DNA of 64,000 bases from the human T2T-CHM13v2.0 reference genome, Homo sapiens, in assembly GCF_009914755.1 (NCBI RefSeq), contig NC_060941.1. One strand, 5' to 3'. Numbering within the stretch: the first letter of the stretch is position 1; every line of letters starts with the position of its first letter. The notes under the pieces were generated by a model. That model was not told where the DNA came from. It saw nothing but the letters and a program-made list of their open reading frames with translations, and made no database searches. The translations under genes and the position numbers were made by a program. This document shows positions 55,026 to 64,000 of this stretch, piece after piece.

Positions 55026-55477
55026 GATGATGAAACACTCTACTGTCAACCAACTGGACATCAGTATCTTTCTCCCATTTTTTTCAAGTGTGTTTTTCCT
55101 GGAGAGTATAACCATAGCCTTGGCATAGTATAACAATGGCCTTTTCTCAATCACTTTCCAGTCAATATGTGCCTTCATTCTTTTACTTCCTTTCACGTAA
55201 TTCCCAGTAGAAGGGGGTGAGAAATCTATTACATAAAACTGAGTTTTTAATAGAAAACTATTTTTATATGTAAAAACAGGAAAGAGGCTGCAACAATTAA
55301 AAACACAAATTCTATCACCTGAACTTGCTTCTTCCAATAAAAGATAACCAATAAACCCATCATTTAAGAAAGATTCCTTTCTATGAAACATAATGAATTA
55401 TACAAAAAGGAACATTAGAAGTCCAACAATATCAGATCAGTCTGTAGTAACAATCCTGGAATGCAATATTTTCATTA

Positions 55478-55591
<114 letters not shown>

Positions 55592-55734
55592 TCATGTTAG
55601 GCTGAAATATATAATTTACCAACAATAAAATCTACCAATTATTGAGGAGCTGTGTGTCAGGCATCCAGCTAAGTGTTTAACATACATTATCACTGATTCT
55701 TACAGTTAACAAGTAAGTAGTATGCTTATTATTA

Positions 55735-57254
<1,520 letters not shown>

Positions 57255-57644
57255 TATTTTCATATTTTGTATATAAGACATAATTCCTGTGTAGCAAAGT
57301 TATCTTAATCTTAACAAATTCTCATATATTTGATTTTTAAATTTTATTCTAATAACTATATATCTTGCACTTCATTTTTACTTCTAGGTGCACTGTAAGT
57401 TCCTGAATCACATATTCAAAAATAGCACATATTTTTTAAACTCAGTGATGTATATTTTATTGTATCTTTGAAAACTGGTAATTCACTTACAACATATTTT
57501 AAAATCACTGTCAAAATAGCCTACCTAAATGTCCTGATTTCAATTATGACAAGTTTAATATGCCCTTTATCCAACCCAGAAACTTTTAAACAACAAAATA
57601 TTTTCATTATCAGAGGTCAGCTATAATTGGTACCATGTGCTTGA

Positions 57645-58346
<702 letters not shown>

Positions 58347-59339
58347 TTAATTATCCACATAAGCATTAAAAATTTCCAAAATGACGTTAAGTATCATAAT
58401 GTTTTTAGAATTACTTAAAGATTATCTAACCTACAATCCCTTATTTCAGAAATGAGGAGGCATGAAAATATTAAATAATTTATTGAAGTCTAAAATTTAG
58501 CCATAGAGAAATGGGGCCAAAATCCAAGTTTCCTAACTATATGATCTTTCTACCAAAATATGTTGTCTTTAGGTAATTCACGGTTTAGGTAACTCACGGT
58601 TCTCAAGTCCTCAAGCACACTATTTTGTACAAATCCATTCCCTGAAAGGGGCTCTTAAATCTAAACTGCTCCAGTACAGTGACTCAAAGTGGGAGCTTTA
58701 TAAAAGTGAGTAAAATACTTTTAAACAATTTATACATTTATACAAGGAAAGTGATTATGTATTTTTTTTTTACTGCCATGAGTAGATATACTTTAAGTTT
58801 TAAATTTTTGAAGGCCTGATTTGTGTTTCATGAAAATAGCATTATTACTATTAATTCTGGCAAGATGTTTCACAATGGAAAGTGAAGTTTCAGTGCAAGT
58901 ATCTGAGTTTTCTAATCACATTGGCACATCAATTTTTAAGTTATTAGTCTTCTGGTTCAACACAGCAACTAAGAAATTGTTTCTCTTTATTCTCCTAAAA
59001 TAACCAATAAAATGACAGGAGATGACAGAATAAAAGAGAAGACAACAAGGAAGTTGGAAAGATGAGCTAGTGGAAACTGACAGACCACAGAAAGCTGAAA
59101 TCTAAGGATAAAAGAGGGATGCCACAACAAGAAGCAAGCTGATCTATACCAAAGAACCCTGGAAAGCATCAGGAGTTTTTTCTCTCTGAAGACCCGACTG
59201 CTCGGTGAGTGTGAACACAGAATCATTAGCTTCTGGTTTGCATAAGACATGTTTAGACTCTCAAATTCCTATTCTCTCGGGTTTACAAAGCTAAGGTTCT
59301 CAGGTTGTCCTAACAGTAGCTAGCAGCCAAGCTTGCAGT

Positions 59340-59885
59340 CAGATCATGGCCAGAATCTTGCAATGACTATTTCACTCTGAGAAAAAAACCAAAGTCCTTA
59401 TACCATCCTATGAAAACTTCCCATCATCTTGTTCTTCTCCTCTTCATCTTTTACTATTCTAGTCCTCTCTTATACTGCTTCCAAGGGCTTCCTTTATGTT
59501 CCTCAATGGGTTCCAGACCCATTCCTGGCTATTTCTTTTATGGGGAACATTCTCCTTCCAAATATCTGCATGGCCAACTCGCTCACTTCCTTCAAGTCTT
59601 TGCTTAAATGTCACCTATGAGCCCATAACTACTTTATTTTAAATAGCAATATGCCCATGCCCACTTGCCTCAATAATAATCCCCCTTACCCTGCTCTATT
59701 TTCCTGCATAGCATTTATCTTTTAACATATTACATAATTTATTATATTCATAGTTGACTGTCACTCACACTAGAACATAAAAGCTCCACAAGGACAGGGG
59801 TCTAACCTTTGTTCACTAATTTAGCACAGATGCCTAGAGTACCTGGTACATAATAGGTGTCAATACTTGCTAGTGAATAAATGAA
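59340..59885 (+). mobile_element. L2 3' relic
   Basis: ccttcaagtctttgcttaaatgtcacct; agctccacaaggacaggg; cctggtacataataggtg...tgaataaatgaa. Confidence 0.7.
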
Positions 59886-61533
59886 ATCTAAAAATCACAG
59901 ACTGAGATGTTTTTGCATTAGTACTACTAAAATACACTATCTTGTACTTTGAAATAAACAATTTTTACACACTAGAAGGTACCAATGCCACTGCTTATCT
60001 ACTCTGAGTACTAAGACAAAAATTGTAAGATATGTAAGGTCTGGTAGCAATGAAGGTATTTGCAGATCGTACATTCTTTGACTCACAGGCAAATCTTATC
60101 TCATTCATCTATTCACTAATGCCTAACACTAGTAGCACTTGATCTCTTACAAACTCGGGGCAAAGTAGGCCATCAAAACAAAAACTGATTTCTAAACATG
60201 CTATCAAATGCTCAAATACATATCATTATTATTCCAAATACGCCCCAGATTTATTGCAAAAACTAAAATCCCAAGCATACAAAAACTTTCTGCTGTGGGA
60301 ATATAATGCTAGCACACTGTCATTGGGGATATGTTTTATAATTAATCATCAGGATAGTTCTGTTCTATAAACAGCTGAGTATCAAGTGTAGTTTTTTACC
60401 TCACCACATTAGACTCTAAATAACGGTTAGCTGAATTGTCTACCAAATATTCACTAATGCAAATCTTTTTAAAATAGTAATTCTAACTACTTTGATATGT
60501 ACTTTTCTTATTTAATACTTAAAATAATATTTTAAGATAAGAAGCAAAGGGTATTATCCCTGACTTTGATGTGGAAATTATGTAAAATCAAGGGCTTTGC
60601 TGAGGTCACATAGTGGCAAAGTCAGAAATGAAAAGATTTTAAGTATTTATATTCAAATAACTATCCTTAGGGAATAAAGTATAAGAAATCTCCCTTCCCC
60701 CAGCCTGAAAGACACTACTACTCTCTGTAGAGACAAATAAAACTCGGTGTTTCATATTACGTTGTCCTCTGGCAGAAGTATAAAAACCTTCACACTGTTT
60801 ACATAAGTAGTTGCTAGACTACTGTGCAGTAACATTATTAAAAAAACCAACTCTACTGCACAGGGCTCTATTAAAATAAAAAATGAGTAAACCAAATGCA
60901 TTACCTAAATATGACTGTTTGTTATTTTATTGAATCATTCTCACAGACATTAGCATGTGCAAAGAATTTAAATGTAGTCAATTTCAAGAGTATCAAGACA
61001 CAATAAATTTTAAAATATAAATTCATTTACATTATACATTCTATATTTAAAGCTGATAATAGAATTAAAAATTGTTACTTTTAAGAGATGCCAGATAAAA
61101 AAACTCTAATTACCATACTGTCAACATCAATTATATAGTACACATACACTTTTAGAATACGAATAACCCTCTCCTTTCCTCAAACGAACTTTCACATACA
61201 GCCAAATAATTAACTACAGACACAGTTTCAATTAGACATAAAGCTAAATACAGACAAACTGCAAAAAGATCAGGTACAGCCATGAACAGGAAGTGCTGCA
61301 AGGCCCAAAGCATTATATTATTCATTAATTGCAACTCTTTCCTTTTACTATGACAATAACATACTATCCTGAAATGTACTCATATAGAATTTAACATAGC
61401 TTATGGTAGCATATGCTGTTATGCCTTTATTCAATAAAAATTCTTCCAGATGAGGTATGACAGTTTTTAAGATGACAATTATAGAAGCAGATAAGCTACA
61501 GACGGAAAGTTAAGAAACAAATGAATGCAATAA

Positions 61534-61856
<323 letters not shown>

Positions 61857-62726
61857 TAAAATCTCCCACTTTTTAAATGGTACTTTTTTTTTTTTTTTTT
61901 TTTTTACCGTCTCCTATATTCAGAATCAATCCCTAAACTGAGCCAAGGTCACTGTCAAAGGAAAGCTTTATTTGCATTAAAATAAAACAGCAAATATAGA
62001 AGACTTACTTAAAAGATTTAGAGTACAGAAAAATCAAAACAAGTTTATTTCATCACAGACTTCTTTCTGTGAATCAAAGGCATTCAGAACTATGTTTTAG
62101 AGATCAAATAATGTATTCTACAACTATATACATACAAATCTGGTATACCACTAACACAACATAGGAGTTAATTCTATTGATGAATATCATGGCTAAGATA
62201 TCCTGATATACTTTGGCTACAGAATAAAACATGTAAAGAACTATGCTCAAATACAGTTCTTTCTTTGCTCAGGGTTTAGACAGGTTTCCCTCTGAATCAG
62301 AATCACAGACTAAACAATCACAAATTCTTCTAAAACTAAGTGCTAAACCCATGAAAAAAAGATATAATGTTTCTTGCCAGAAATTTTGCTATCTTTAAAA
62401 TCTATATGGTTCTTAGCCTCTATTCTGAAATACATGCTATCATTAACTAATAGATAAACTAAAAAGAATTAGAAAAAAAGATATTTGCCACGTGTATCTT
62501 ATATATGGGTTATGCTATGTTCCACTCCAACCTCTCCTTCCCCACAAGTAAATTCTAACAAATTAGAGAAATTTTACTTTTACAAACATAGTCAATGAAA
62601 AGTTAAACATAAAATTGCTACACATGAAAGTCTAAGAATAAAAAAGGTACTCAGAAATGATAAATTCTATAATGCTATACTAGTTAGGTAGCCATCACCA
62701 CCTGAAACTGCTAATCAGAAAAATCA

Positions 62727-63045
<319 letters not shown>

Positions 63046-63677
63046 TCAAGAGTATTAATTTCTTTCACTAACCCACTACTATGGAAGGACAGTGCCACCT
63101 TTCAATAGCAATCAATGGAAACATTTATTTACACCAAACAGAAAATGGAGTTTCACTTAACACAAATAAAACAAAGCTTTGAATTTCTCCTACCGTAATT
63201 TTCTATGAAGTCACATACCTGTAAAAGTTCCACTATTATAAATCCACTAGTTCTCTGTTTCTACTGATGCATTCTTGTCCTTTTGCATTGTATATCTACT
63301 CTAACTGGGTTATCAGCAATCCCCTCTATTAAGTTTCAGACATGATCCCAACCGCCTGATGGAATCTCTCAGCAGGCACCTCAAACTGCATTCACATGTT
63401 TACGATGTACTCACATTACATGTACATAGCTAAAGTCATGTAGTACAAAAAGATGAAAAGCCTAAGTATCAATCTCTCTCCTTCAAGATAACAAGTACTA
63501 TTTCTATCATCTAATTAAGGTGGAAAAAAACCTAGGTATATGCCAGCATATATGTATGCACATATGTACTTTGGTTCCTCATCTACATACAGAGCTTCTC
63601 ATATCAGCCTATACAGATTTCCTTTGCTTATTTAAGTGGATATGCCATTATTATTTAGCCAGACCTTCATTATTTAG

Positions 63678-64000
<323 letters not shown>

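Overview
Human genomic DNA (a near-consensus AluYa5 supports human origin) containing the 3' two-thirds of MED13 (TRAP240/THRAP1, Mediator kinase-module subunit) on the minus strand. I mapped 21 coding exons by hand. All have GT-AG boundaries and consistent phases, totalling 4558 coding nt and ending in ...[12 protein letters not shown] at 9425. They correspond to exons 10-30 (about residues 656-2174) if the known 30-exon, 2174-aa model is assumed. A ~3.86-kb 3' UTR ends near an AATAAA at 5580-5585, followed by ~5.5 kb of downstream flank. Introns are packed with roughly 60 Alus plus L1, L2, MIR, MaLR LTR and DNA-transposon relics. There is no prokaryote-type system here. The most interesting signals are: (1) a three-exon cassette (exons 13-15) bracketed by a lone inverted Alu pair, whose predicted 503-nt circle carries a 247-codon ORF crossing the back-splice junction twice; (2) an Alu point mutation creating AATAAA just after the stop of an intron-10 read-through ORF; (3) a ~190-bp inverted templated copy of neighbouring intron inserted inside an old L1; (4) an exact 22-mer shared by the 3' UTR and the downstream flank; (5) a young AluYa5 whose TSD duplicated an AP-1 site next to an ETS site; (6) a 5'-inverted, partly duplicated Alu. 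TE boundaries and subfamilies are by-eye estimates.
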